DNA from: Chloroflexota bacterium
GTDB lineage: Bacteria > Chloroflexota > Chloroflexia > Chloroflexales > Roseiflexaceae
Assembly (NCBI GenBank): GCA_046300655.1
Contig: JBKCLM010000070.1
Coordinates: 17,741-81,740 of the forward strand
Reading direction: 5' to 3'
Length of the DNA: 64,000 bases
The notes under the pieces are model-generated. The model did no database searches and was not told the DNA's origin. It saw only the letters and a program-made list of their open reading frames with translations. Position 1 is the stretch's first letter; each line of letters begins with the position of its first letter. Of this stretch, positions 55,928-64,000 are shown in pieces. The position numbers and the translations under genes are program-made.

Positions 55928-56023
55928 GATGCCCTCCAAGCCCAAACCAATAATTCTAGGTGTTTTGTGATAACTCTACGTACTACGAACTATAGCACAC
56001 ATTTGTGATTTGTGCAGATGCAT

Positions 56024-56053
56024 TTGACGTTGCCAAAGTTTGTGCGGTATGAT
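56024..56053 (+). promoter_or_regulatory. Candidate sigma70 promoter of the polysaccharide locus
   Basis: TTGACG (56024-56029), 18-nt spacer, TATGAT (56048-56053), about 110 nt upstream of ATG 56163. Confidence 0.35.
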
Positions 56054-56162
56054 TACCGTGAATTGCTCGGCAGATTCGTAAGATTTGTGTGCACAACATC
56101 ATCGTGTTTCCACGTGTTTTTTGGCTTTTTTATACATGTTGTGATTTGAGTTAGGGGCAGTT

Positions 56163-57053
56163 ATGACCGTCAATACTAACGTATACACGCCTGGTGTACT
56201 GTCACAACACGTGTTGTCGCTCACTGACAGATTTGCTGTTCTCCATAATCCGCTGGCGCATCAGATAGTGGTCGATATTGAGTCGAAGATTGCTTCACCA
56301 CAGACTGTCTTATCGTTTGATGTGTTTGATACGCTCTTATTACGCAATCATCGTGCAGAATTAACGCGGTTCTATGATGTTTCGGGATTGGTGGCGTCGT
56401 TATTGGCCCAACGCTATCAGGAGTCAATCCGCCCCGAGGATGTGCTCATGGCGCGTTTGATGGCCAATCGTCTGTCATACCGATTGTCGCCTACCCGTGA
56501 TGGGTGTCGTGAGGGTACGATTACTGATATCTATCGTCTGATTCTCGAGCAATTACGTGTGCCCGCCACAGAATCAACTATTCAGGCGTGTATTGAGATT
56601 GAGTTAGCGTACGAAGTAACACAGTTGACAGTCAATCTACCGTTACTTGCCATGACACAACACCATATTGCACGCGGTGGGCGAGCCATTTATGTGAGTG
56701 ATATGTATTTGGGTGTGGCACACATCAATCAACTGTTAACTCGTTTGGGAGTCGAGGTTTCGTTGTTTGCTGCCACATATTCGAGTGCTGACACGATTCT
56801 TTCGAAGCGCAGTGGCAAGATATGGCCATTGATTCTCAACGAGCTTGGTATCACCGCTGCGCAGATGTTGCACATTGGTGATTCGTTGGTGAGTGATTAT
56901 CAAAGCCCACGCACGCAGGGGATTCCGGCTGTTCATGTGCCGATTCCATTGCAGATGCGTCGTGACATTATGGCTGATCATGGTGCACTCGTTCACCAAC
57001 TCGAATCAATGCACCTGCCGATTCAGAGTTGGATGGCGCCACCGCACTGGTAA
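56163..57053 (+). CDS. HAD-like hydrolase (FDVFDTLLLR type) of a polysaccharide locus
   Basis: SFDVFDTLLLR (motif I), VSDMY, and HIGDSLVSDYQSP (motif IV-like). Confidence 0.6.
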   Translation: MTVNTNVYTPGVLSQHVLSLTDRFAVLHNPLAHQIVVDIESKIASPQTVLSFDVFDTLLLRNHRAELTRFYDVSGLVASLLAQRYQESIRPEDVLMARLMANRLSYRLSPTRDGCREGTITDIYRLILEQLRVPATESTIQACIEIELAYEVTQLTVNLPLLAMTQHHIARGGRAIYVSDMYLGVAHINQLLTRLGVEVSLFAATYSSADTILSKRSGKIWPLILNELGITAAQMLHIGDSLVSDYQSPRTQGIPAVHVPIPLQMRRDIMADHGALVHQLESMHLPIQSWMAPPHW

Positions 57054-57074
57054 ATTCGAGTTGGGAAGGGTATC

Positions 57075-59288
57075 ATGCGCAATCCATCGCAATCCGCCTA
57101 TGAGTTCGGCAAAACCGTCTTAGGACCAGTCATTCGCTATTATTTGCATCTGCTCGATCAGCATATGCGCTATCTCGATGACGGTCAGACGAAGTTTTTG
57201 TATGTATCACGCGCCGGCGTCCGTATCAAAGCGTTGATGGATATGTATCGCAAGGCAGTGCCGAGTGTGCCAGTGCACGACGAGGATTACCTTTGGATGT
57301 CGCGCATTCTGACTGTTAAGGCCTGCTATCAACGTGCGCCTGAACTTGCGTTGACCGTCATAAAAAAAGAATTCCCAGCCCACCCAGTAAGCCATGTGGT
57401 GCGTGCATTGCTGGCTACCGAGCAGAACGTCACGGCGTTTGACGACGACCTCCGTCCATTTAGCTTACCGGCAAGCACGATTGCTGACGCGCTCAACGAT
57501 TCACATCCCGTTTTTAGTCAAATTCACCAGCATTTTGCAACGGTTGCTACGCGTTTTGATGCACAGCTTCATGGGCTGATGGCTGGTAAATCACGGGTAG
57601 TCTTAATCGATAGTGGTTGGCAGGGGACAAGCCAAACGCTCCTCGAGGTCGCATACCCTGAGTACACCTTTGTAGGATTGTATGTTGCCACTATGTATGG
57701 TGCCGGGCAAACACTGCCGACCCCGCGCCAGTCGCACGGTATGTTGTTCGAAGTGAATGAGTATGTGCCAGCGCAACCGATTACTGCATTGTGGTACAAC
57801 CGGCATGTGATGGAATCGTTGTTCGAACCCAAAGCGTCGAGCATTGAAACGTTGCTGACAGATGCGTCGGGTAAGGTCTATGCGCCACAGGCTGATGCGC
57901 TATTGCAGTATGTGGCACAACTTGATGATGACGCACACTATGTTGGTGTGTGTGACTACATTGCAGGATTACCTGCAGTAACGCCAATTCACCAGCTATA
58001 TGCAGACTTTTATCAGGCGAGTCAGGAATTTGCTCAGAAAATTCTGTTCCCAACAGTGGATGATATTCCTGTGGTTGCCACCAAGAAGCGTACTGCAGAT
58101 TTTGGCCGATCACTCGTTGTGCCTGTGGTGTATGAGGCTGTTGATCGGCATGAATATGACTCCCCCGAACAGCGTGTACGTGAGGCGATTTGGATTCAAG
58201 GCCAAATCACAATGGAGTATCCGTCATATGACGCACAGCAACGTCAACGTGATTTGATAGGTGGAGTGCAGGCGCATGCGTTTTTTCATGATCCGAATGA
58301 GCAACTATCACAAGATGATACACAATGGCGGATTGTACAGGATCAACAGCCGCGCGTATTAGTCGTGATGCGCACAAAGAACCGCCCAGTATTGTTGCGT
58401 CGTGCCCTCCAAAGTGTATTTCAGCAGACATACACTAATTACATTCTGGTGATTGTCAATGATGGTGGGCGATATGAGTTGGTAGCGAATGAACTTGCAC
58501 AAGTGCCTTTTGATCTGACACGGGTGCAAATTGTGAGCAATCAACGTAGTGTAGGCATGGAGGCAGCCTCAAATTTGGGGATTCGCTCGGCTCTATCGGA
58601 CTACGTGGTGGTACATGACGACGATGATTCATGGCACCCTCGCTTTTTGCAGAATATGATTAGCTTCCTTGAGAGTAGCGCTGGGCGTAAGTTTGGTGGT
58701 GCGGTATCGCGGTGCGAGCAAGTCATAGAGCGCGTACGGGGTGATGTGGTCACGATTTTGTCGCGTGAATCATACAAAAACCACTTTCGCCAAGTATATT
58801 TGCTTGAGATGGCGCGCCAAAATTTCTTTGCGCCGATTTCTTTTTTGTATCGTCGGTCGTTGTATGACAAAATCGGTGGTTACGATGAATCCCTCCCGGT
58901 ACTCGGTGACTGGGACTTTAACTTGCGCTTTCTGCTCGAAGCAGACATAGGTGTGGTTGATGAGGTCTTGTCGTATTATCATCAACGTGAGACTGCCTCG
59001 GGGAGCTATGCTAATTCAATTACAGGTGGCATTGGTAAGCATATTGAATACGACGCCATCGTCCGTAATCGCATGATGCGCCAGCTTTCCTCGACCGATA
59101 ATCGACTTGGGAACTTGCTGTCGATGGCGCGCTACACTGATATGGTGATACATCGTGTGCCAGCGAATGAAGGTTCAAACAAAAGAGTTGATGAGTCGGA
59201 TCAACTTGCCCGATATATTCGTCTTGCTGATGAACGTTGGACCATGATTCAAATTTTGCTGGATCAGATATCACCGTCGCGCAAGTAA
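57075..59288 (+). CDS. Two-domain protein: unknown roughly 420-aa N-terminal domain plus family-2 glycosyltransferase
   Basis: GT2 half: VLVVMRTKNRPVLLRRALQSVFQQTY, VIVNDGG, VVVHDDDD (DxD), GDWDFNLRF. I do not recognise the N-terminal half. Confidence 0.75.
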   Translation: MRNPSQSAYEFGKTVLGPVIRYYLHLLDQHMRYLDDGQTKFLYVSRAGVRIKALMDMYRKAVPSVPVHDEDYLWMSRILTVKACYQRAPELALTVIKKEFPAHPVSHVVRALLATEQNVTAFDDDLRPFSLPASTIADALNDSHPVFSQIHQHFATVATRFDAQLHGLMAGKSRVVLIDSGWQGTSQTLLEVAYPEYTFVGLYVATMYGAGQTLPTPRQSHGMLFEVNEYVPAQPITALWYNRHVMESLFEPKASSIETLLTDASGKVYAPQADALLQYVAQLDDDAHYVGVCDYIAGLPAVTPIHQLYADFYQASQEFAQKILFPTVDDIPVVATKKRTADFGRSLVVPVVYEAVDRHEYDSPEQRVREAIWIQGQITMEYPSYDAQQRQRDLIGGVQAHAFFHDPNEQLSQDDTQWRIVQDQQPRVLVVMRTKNRPVLLRRALQSVFQQTYTNYILVIVNDGGRYELVANELAQVPFDLTRVQIVSNQRSVGMEAASNLGIRSALSDYVVVHDDDDSWHPRFLQNMISFLESSAGRKFGGAVSRCEQVIERVRGDVVTILSRESYKNHFRQVYLLEMARQNFFAPISFLYRRSLYDKIGGYDESLPVLGDWDFNLRFLLEADIGVVDEVLSYYHQRETASGSYANSITGGIGKHIEYDAIVRNRMMRQLSSTDNRLGNLLSMARYTDMVIHRVPANEGSNKRVDESDQLARYIRLADERWTMIQILLDQISPSRK

Positions 59289-59355
59289 ATATGCATGGTA
59301 TCACGTTGACGTAGATTGAATCATAGGTTGCTATCAGCATCGTACAGAATGGCTG

Positions 59356-59364
59356 TGCTATAAT
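59356..59364 (+). promoter_or_regulatory. Extended -10 element (TG-C-TATAAT) upstream of the wzm-like gene
   Basis: TGCTATAAT is at 59356-59364, 87 nt upstream of ATG 59451. No good -35 element. Confidence 0.35.
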
Positions 59365-59450
59365 TCCATGGTCAAGATGACGTGTTTGGTATGCACAATC
59401 ATTCTGTGGTGATGTATGCATCAAACGACCACTAAAGGTTCCATCTGCTG

Positions 59451-61178
59451 ATGAATATGACGCGATTGTCTAAAGAGTATGGTCTCTATCTCGCTATCAC
59501 GGTCGTTGCGATTCTGGTTGCGTTTGCAATTGTGTTGCCGCGGCAGTTGACACTCCCGATATTTTTCGAAAGCACAGCACAAGTTACCATCGATCAAACG
59601 CGTTATGCGGAGCTTTTTGATGCAGAAGGTAAGCCTGATCAAGACATGCAGAGCATTGTCTTTCAGACACGTGAGTTGTTGCAACAACGATACAAGCAAT
59701 TTGCCACATTGGATCAACAAGATTCGATAACATGGAGTGGCAATGTCGCTACTATTCTTGTTACGGGGACAAGTGCGGTCGATAGTGCGTACGTCAGTGA
59801 TGAGTATGCCAATGAGTTTGTGCGGCATGTCCAGGCTGCCGGTGGCCGTGAGATTTTGCGGAACATTCTTGGCTGGGAGACGGTGCAATCACTGAAGGGT
59901 GAAGCAGCCGGTAATGAACTGACCGAAATTATCCGCGACATGGTACGCCTCAATGTGTTCACGTTTAATCGGCCCATTGAGCCCATCTCCTCGTATGTGA
60001 ATATTGCTGATTTGAGTATCAGTGACCGGAGTGATTTACTCCGTGCGGTTGAGGTCCAGCGGACACAACTACAGTTTGTTGCGATTGGTGAGCTTGATGT
60101 AAAAAAACAAGAGCATCTTCAACAAAAAATCATCTTGTTGCAACGCTTTGAAAATATGCTCATCAGTGCGGAGCCACAACTCCGCTTTGATCCTACCAGT
60201 AACCCTACCATTTATCGCAGTGTGGATGCCTCTGAACCACGTGAGGTGGCCCGGATTGCCATCGGCTGGTATGTGTTCGCATCTATTATTGGCGGTTTGG
60301 TGTTTGGTTTGTTGTTCTTGATGTTTGATCGGAGCGTGGGGATTGTTGAGCGCATCCGTGAAATCTGGGAATATCGCATTTTGATTATGCTACTGGTGCG
60401 GCGTAATCTGCAACTGCGCTATCGTGGTCAAGTCGTCGGATTTGCCTGGTCTCAAATTGCGCCGATATTGCAACTTGTCGTCTATTGGGTTGTATACGGA
60501 TATATTCTGCGCAACAATTATTTGCCGTACTACCCTATTTTTATGGCAGTGGCACTCTTACCGTGGCATTACACGACTGAGTCTATGACGAGCGGTATGC
60601 GGAGCATCATGGATAATTATTCACTGATTCGCAAAGCGTACTTCCCTCGAGAAGTGTTACCTATCTCATCAGTCATCACGAGTTTGGTGAATTATTTGTT
60701 GTCGTTGCCGGTCATGTTTTTATTTATTTTTGTGGTCAAGTACTCATATACGGGAGTATTTGAATGGCCTATTCCTATGGCCGCCTTATACTTCCCCATT
60801 ATTTTGTTGATTCACAGCATTTTTGTGTTGGGTGTTACCTTATTTTTGGCTGGATTAACCGTCGTGACCCTTGATACGGTACATCTTGCTGGCATATTCT
60901 TGCATATTTGGTTTTTCTTGACGCCAATTGTCTACTCGTTGACCGTGTTGAGTGACTCAATCTCACGGATTTTTCGTTGGCTCAATCCGATGGCATCGTT
61001 CATCGAGTATTATCGCGAGATATTTTATGGTCAAGTGTCCATCCCTGGTGTGATTCCTACGCCAAACATTCCTGCAACTGACTCGTTGTTGCGCTCGTTT
61101 GTTACATCGATCATAGTCTTTGTCATCGGGTATTGGGTCTTCAGACGACTACAAGACAAGATCATCGAGAGGATGTAA
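59451..61178 (+). CDS. ABC-2 type polysaccharide export permease (Wzm/TagG/KpsM-like) with a roughly 290-aa N-terminal extension
   Basis: C-terminal half: LVRRNLQLRYRGQVVGFAWSQIAPILQLVVYWVVYG followed by 6 TM segments. N-terminal half: one TM segment, then a soluble region with a coiled-coil-like segment (QKQEHLQQKIILLQRFENM), then a second TM segment. Confidence 0.75.
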   Translation: MNMTRLSKEYGLYLAITVVAILVAFAIVLPRQLTLPIFFESTAQVTIDQTRYAELFDAEGKPDQDMQSIVFQTRELLQQRYKQFATLDQQDSITWSGNVATILVTGTSAVDSAYVSDEYANEFVRHVQAAGGREILRNILGWETVQSLKGEAAGNELTEIIRDMVRLNVFTFNRPIEPISSYVNIADLSISDRSDLLRAVEVQRTQLQFVAIGELDVKKQEHLQQKIILLQRFENMLISAEPQLRFDPTSNPTIYRSVDASEPREVARIAIGWYVFASIIGGLVFGLLFLMFDRSVGIVERIREIWEYRILIMLLVRRNLQLRYRGQVVGFAWSQIAPILQLVVYWVVYGYILRNNYLPYYPIFMAVALLPWHYTTESMTSGMRSIMDNYSLIRKAYFPREVLPISSVITSLVNYLLSLPVMFLFIFVVKYSYTGVFEWPIPMAALYFPIILLIHSIFVLGVTLFLAGLTVVTLDTVHLAGIFLHIWFFLTPIVYSLTVLSDSISRIFRWLNPMASFIEYYREIFYGQVSIPGVIPTPNIPATDSLLRSFVTSIIVFVIGYWVFRRLQDKIIERM

Positions 61179-62462
61179 ATGGAACCGGTTATCGAGTTGC
61201 GTAACATTACGAAGCGCTTTGATATGCGTCAAGAGAGTAGCTCACTATGGCGATTTCTGATGCGTAAGCCGGCGTTTGATGAATCAAATAGTGCAGCGTA
61301 TAAAGTGGTGCTCAATGATATATCGTTGTCTATTAACCAAGGAGAGCGACTAGCGATTATTGGGCGTAATGGGGCAGGTAAGAGCACGTTGCTCAAAATA
61401 ATCAGCCGTATTTTACTGCCTGACAGCGGAAGCGTGGCTGTGCGCGGGACTATCTCGTCGCTTCTTGAGTTGGGTGTCGGTTTTCATCCTGAGTTATCTG
61501 GGGCTGATAACATCTACTTTTATGGCGCCTTAATGGGTAAAAACCGTGCTCAAGTCCGTGAGGTGTATGACGAGATTTGCGATTTTGCCGATATCGGTAA
61601 TTACATTCAGCAACCCGTAAAGACATACTCATCGGGCATGTATCAGCGTTTGGCGTTTTCGTGTGCATTTGCCATGGAACCGAGTATTTTGATCGCCGAC
61701 GAGGGTCTTTCGGTTGGTGACTTCTTGTTCCAACAAAAATGTTTTGACCGTATTGATGAAATTGTGGCTAAGGGCACGACCTTTTTGATGGTCGCCCATA
61801 GTGCCCGTCAAGTGCAGCGCATTGCAACGCGGGGAATATGGCTTGAGAACGGACGTATCGAGATGGACGGCGATATTAATGCGGTCCAAGATGCCTATAC
61901 CAAGTTTTTGCTGTATGAAAAGACCATGCTGGCAAGTAGTGGTGTCGTTGATACGCAGAACCAATCGACGGCCCTCGAGATTGAATACCAGAGCGGTGAT
62001 CCGAACGCGGCGAAATCAAGTCAATCGATGGTAATTATCTCTGATGTGACAATTAACGGCACCAAAGATCCATGGCGGATTGGCCAAAACACCGTGATAT
62101 ATGCACGATTTGCCGTCAACCTCCCAGAGCTGCGCGTGCGGGTGCGTTCGCAAATTATTGATGTATCAGATGATATTCCGTTGGTTGAGAATCGCTATAT
62201 GGCACCTGAGCCGATGGTGCTGGCGAAAGGTTCCCATACCATTAAATTTACTGTGCCTCCGCTCTTTATGAAGTTAGGGACATATCATTTTGTGATTGAA
62301 GTCTTCGATGAACATGGGCAGCTTTCACTCGCAAAAAGCCAGCCGCTCTTATTGGCCTCAAAATTTAAAACGCCAGATGTCGCATCGGCATATATACAAC
62401 ATCCACGATTTCTTGTTGAATTAACGTCTGAAGAAATCCCTGCACCGACACCCGATGCATAG
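61179..62462 (+). CDS. Polysaccharide export ABC ATPase (Wzt/TagH-like) with C-terminal beta-rich extension
   Basis: GRNGAGKSTLLK (Walker A), YSSGMYQRLAF (signature), ILIADEGLS (Walker B), plus a roughly 190-aa C-terminal domain where Wzt carries its glycan-binding domain. The ATG follows the upstream TAA directly. Confidence 0.85.
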   Translation: MEPVIELRNITKRFDMRQESSSLWRFLMRKPAFDESNSAAYKVVLNDISLSINQGERLAIIGRNGAGKSTLLKIISRILLPDSGSVAVRGTISSLLELGVGFHPELSGADNIYFYGALMGKNRAQVREVYDEICDFADIGNYIQQPVKTYSSGMYQRLAFSCAFAMEPSILIADEGLSVGDFLFQQKCFDRIDEIVAKGTTFLMVAHSARQVQRIATRGIWLENGRIEMDGDINAVQDAYTKFLLYEKTMLASSGVVDTQNQSTALEIEYQSGDPNAAKSSQSMVIISDVTINGTKDPWRIGQNTVIYARFAVNLPELRVRVRSQIIDVSDDIPLVENRYMAPEPMVLAKGSHTIKFTVPPLFMKLGTYHFVIEVFDEHGQLSLAKSQPLLLASKFKTPDVASAYIQHPRFLVELTSEEIPAPTPDA

Positions 62463-62487
62463 ATCGAGTGTCGGTATACAGCAACGG

Positions 62488-64000
62488 TTATGGTTTCAGC
62501 GCCGCAATAATCTGCTCGACGTCATAGACACAACCGCCCCAGGTGCCCCCACTTGCCTGTTGTAATGCTGCCCATAATTTTGTGTCCTCGGGCAAGAGTG
62601 GATGACTTGCAAGGTCGTCGCGGAGGTGGCGTTGTGCCAAAATCGCACTCCCATGCGCTGCATCGTGGACCTCGCCATTGGCGCCAACTAGATTCACACT
62701 CCCGACCAAGTTGACGCGATCAATGATAATCTCAATCATGTCACCGTCGAGGACTTTGCCGATGGGACCGCCGGCCAGGGCCTCAGGTCCGACATGGCCA
62801 ATACACGCTCCAGTGCTGACGCCCGAGAATCGGGCATCGGTAATCACGGCCACCTCGCGGCCCCAGCGGATGTGTTTGAGGGCCGACGTGACCTGATATG
62901 TCTCCTCCATGCCAGTCCCAAGCGGTCCACCACACATTAATACGATGATGTCACCGGGTTGGACGGTTTTGTCGCCTTGGCCCTTGATGGCGCGTACTGC
63001 GTCGCGTTCACGGATAAAGACCTTGGCGGGGCCGATTTTGCGATAAACGCCATCTTCATCCACCACGGCAGGATCGATGGCTGTGCTCTTGATAACGGAG
63101 CCCTCGGGAGCCAAGTTACCTTGCGGGAAGGTGACTGTTGCGGTGAGTCCACGCGCTTTAGCCTGAGCGGGTGACATAATCACGTCGTTGGCATCAACGC
63201 CATCGCGTTCGCTGAGCATGCGGCGGACAATCTGACGGCGCTCGGATTGAGCCCACCAGTCGAGGACGGTGTCGAGCGTCTCGCCAGTCACGGTGCGTAC
63301 ACTGGTATCGAGGAGCCCTAAATCGCGCAAATGGAGCATGACCTCGGGCACACCGCCAGCCATATATGCTTGGACGGTGACGTGATTGCGTGGGCCATTC
63401 GGCAAGACATCGACGAGTCGAGGGACTTGGCGATTGATGCGCTCCCAGTCCTGTACCGTAGGGCGAGCGAGTTTGGCTGCATGCGCAATTGCCGGGATGT
63501 GCAAGAGGAGGTTGGTGGATCCGCCAAACGCGGCGTGTACGACCATGGCATTGTGGATTGCACCTTGGGTAATGATATCCTTGGTGGTGATTTTTTGTTG
63601 ACGTAACGAAAGGACAGCCCGTGCTGATGCACTTGCCAACTCCAACCAAATAGGCTGACCGGATGGTGCCAAGGCGGAGTGCGGCAGTGCAATACCCATT
63701 GCCTCGGCAACGACTTGCGAGGTGGCTGCAGTCCCCAAAAACTGACAACCACCACCGGGTGAGCCACAGGCGCGACAGCCGAGTGCGGCAGCTTCACTTA
63801 AACTGAGTTCACCCTGGGCAAAGCGAGCGCCAATAGTCTGCACTTTGCCGGCATCCTCGCCGTCGGTAGGCGGCAAGGTGACGCCACCTGGCACCAAGAT
63901 GGTGGCCAGATTGGGTGTGCCAGCGAGAGCGATGAGCATGGCTGGCAGACCTTTGTCGCAGGTGGCCACGCCGATGACCGCTTGGCGTGTGGGCAGCGAA
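62488..64000 (-). CDS. IlvD/Edd-family dehydratase (dihydroxy-acid or sugar-acid dehydratase), 5' end outside the window
   Basis: [17 protein letters not shown] and ITDARFSG. The reading frame stays open to position 64000, so the track Met at 63969 is internal. Confidence 0.85.
   Translation of the reverse strand, partial: SLPTRQAVIGVATCDKGLPAMLIALAGTPNLATILVPGGVTLPPTDGEDAGKVQTIGARFAQGELSLSEAAALGCRACGSPGGGCQFLGTAATSQVVAEAMGIALPHSALAPSGQPIWLELASASARAVLSLRQQKITTKDIITQGAIHNAMVVHAAFGGSTNLLLHIPAIAHAAKLARPTVQDWERINRQVPRLVDVLPNGPRNHVTVQAYMAGGVPEVMLHLRDLGLLDTSVRTVTGETLDTVLDWWAQSERRQIVRRMLSERDGVDANDVIMSPAQAKARGLTATVTFPQGNLAPEGSVIKSTAIDPAVVDEDGVYRKIGPAKVFIRERDAVRAIKGQGDKTVQPGDIIVLMCGGPLGTGMEETYQVTSALKHIRWGREVAVITDARFSGVSTGACIGHVGPEALAGGPIGKVLDGDMIEIIIDRVNLVGSVNLVGANGEVHDAAHGSAILAQRHLRDDLASHPLLPEDTKLWAALQQASGGTWGGCVYDVEQIIAALKP

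Noticed and set aside
1-64000. Long antisense or overlapping ORFs inside well-supported genes (for example 6923-7594, 5804-6385, 11384-11950, 3369-3890, 63194-63748, 38624-39049, 35062-35517)
   Set aside because: Each lies wholly within a gene with strong family motifs on the other strand or frame. They have Arg/Ser/Pro-rich shadow-ORF composition and no SD or independent motif.
1-64000. Search for tRNA, rRNA, transposase, integrase, prophage or CRISPR-cas content
   Set aside because: No cloverleaf-like conserved tRNA segments were noticed in any intergenic region, and I saw no rRNA-like sequence. No DDE/serine/tyrosine recombinase motifs or cas-like ORFs were seen. The PARG-like/HDAC island has AT-rich borders but no detectable flanking direct repeats or mobility gene.

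Overview
A 64-kb chromosomal window at roughly 50% GC by eye. Gene content suggests Chloroflexota, but that is inference only. There are about 50 densely packed protein genes and I found no rRNA, tRNA, CRISPR array, transposase or integrase. In order, the window contains: xylA, ppc and two paralogous family-III CoA-transferases flanking tlyA; an 11-gene translationally coupled carbohydrate-uptake and catabolism locus (large lipoprotein SBP, two permeases, heparinase II/III-like protein, HEAT-repeat protein, CN-hydrolase, two Gfo/Idh/MocA oxidoreductases, YesN/YesM-like two-component system); a K+-independent membrane pyrophosphatase with a structured leader and a cluster of 3' hairpins; a double zinc-ribbon protein; thiamine pyrophosphokinase; a Leloir-like galT/IMPase-like/GHMP-kinase operon; an esterase; a UvdE-like endonuclease whose 3' junction carries a 104-bp tandem duplication; an MBL hydrolase and a Cys/Met PLP enzyme; an orphan SBP and a HAD phosphatase; a REC-RodZ fusion; a PucC/LhaA-family MFS gene next to a DUF3623 (PuhE-like) gene; mnmE and a DUF58 gene; a TIM-barrel/Gfo/TIM-barrel sugar module; a UvrD-like helicase convergent with an AddAB-type helicase-nuclease pair; an AT-rich-spaced island with two degenerate PARG-like (TIGR02452/DUF2263) paralogues around an HDAC-like amidohydrolase plus a Swt1-HEPN/TM/sunset-domain protein; a polysaccharide locus (HAD-like, GT2 fusion, extended Wzm, Wzt); and a 5'-truncated IlvD/Edd dehydratase. 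The PARG-like/HDAC/HEPN island at about 51.8-55.9 kb is my best candidate for an undescribed system. All family assignments come from motif recognition by eye, with no database search. Several start codons were moved from the ORF-track start (which also uses TTG/GTG) to the ATG or GTG with a plausible Shine-Dalgarno sequence.
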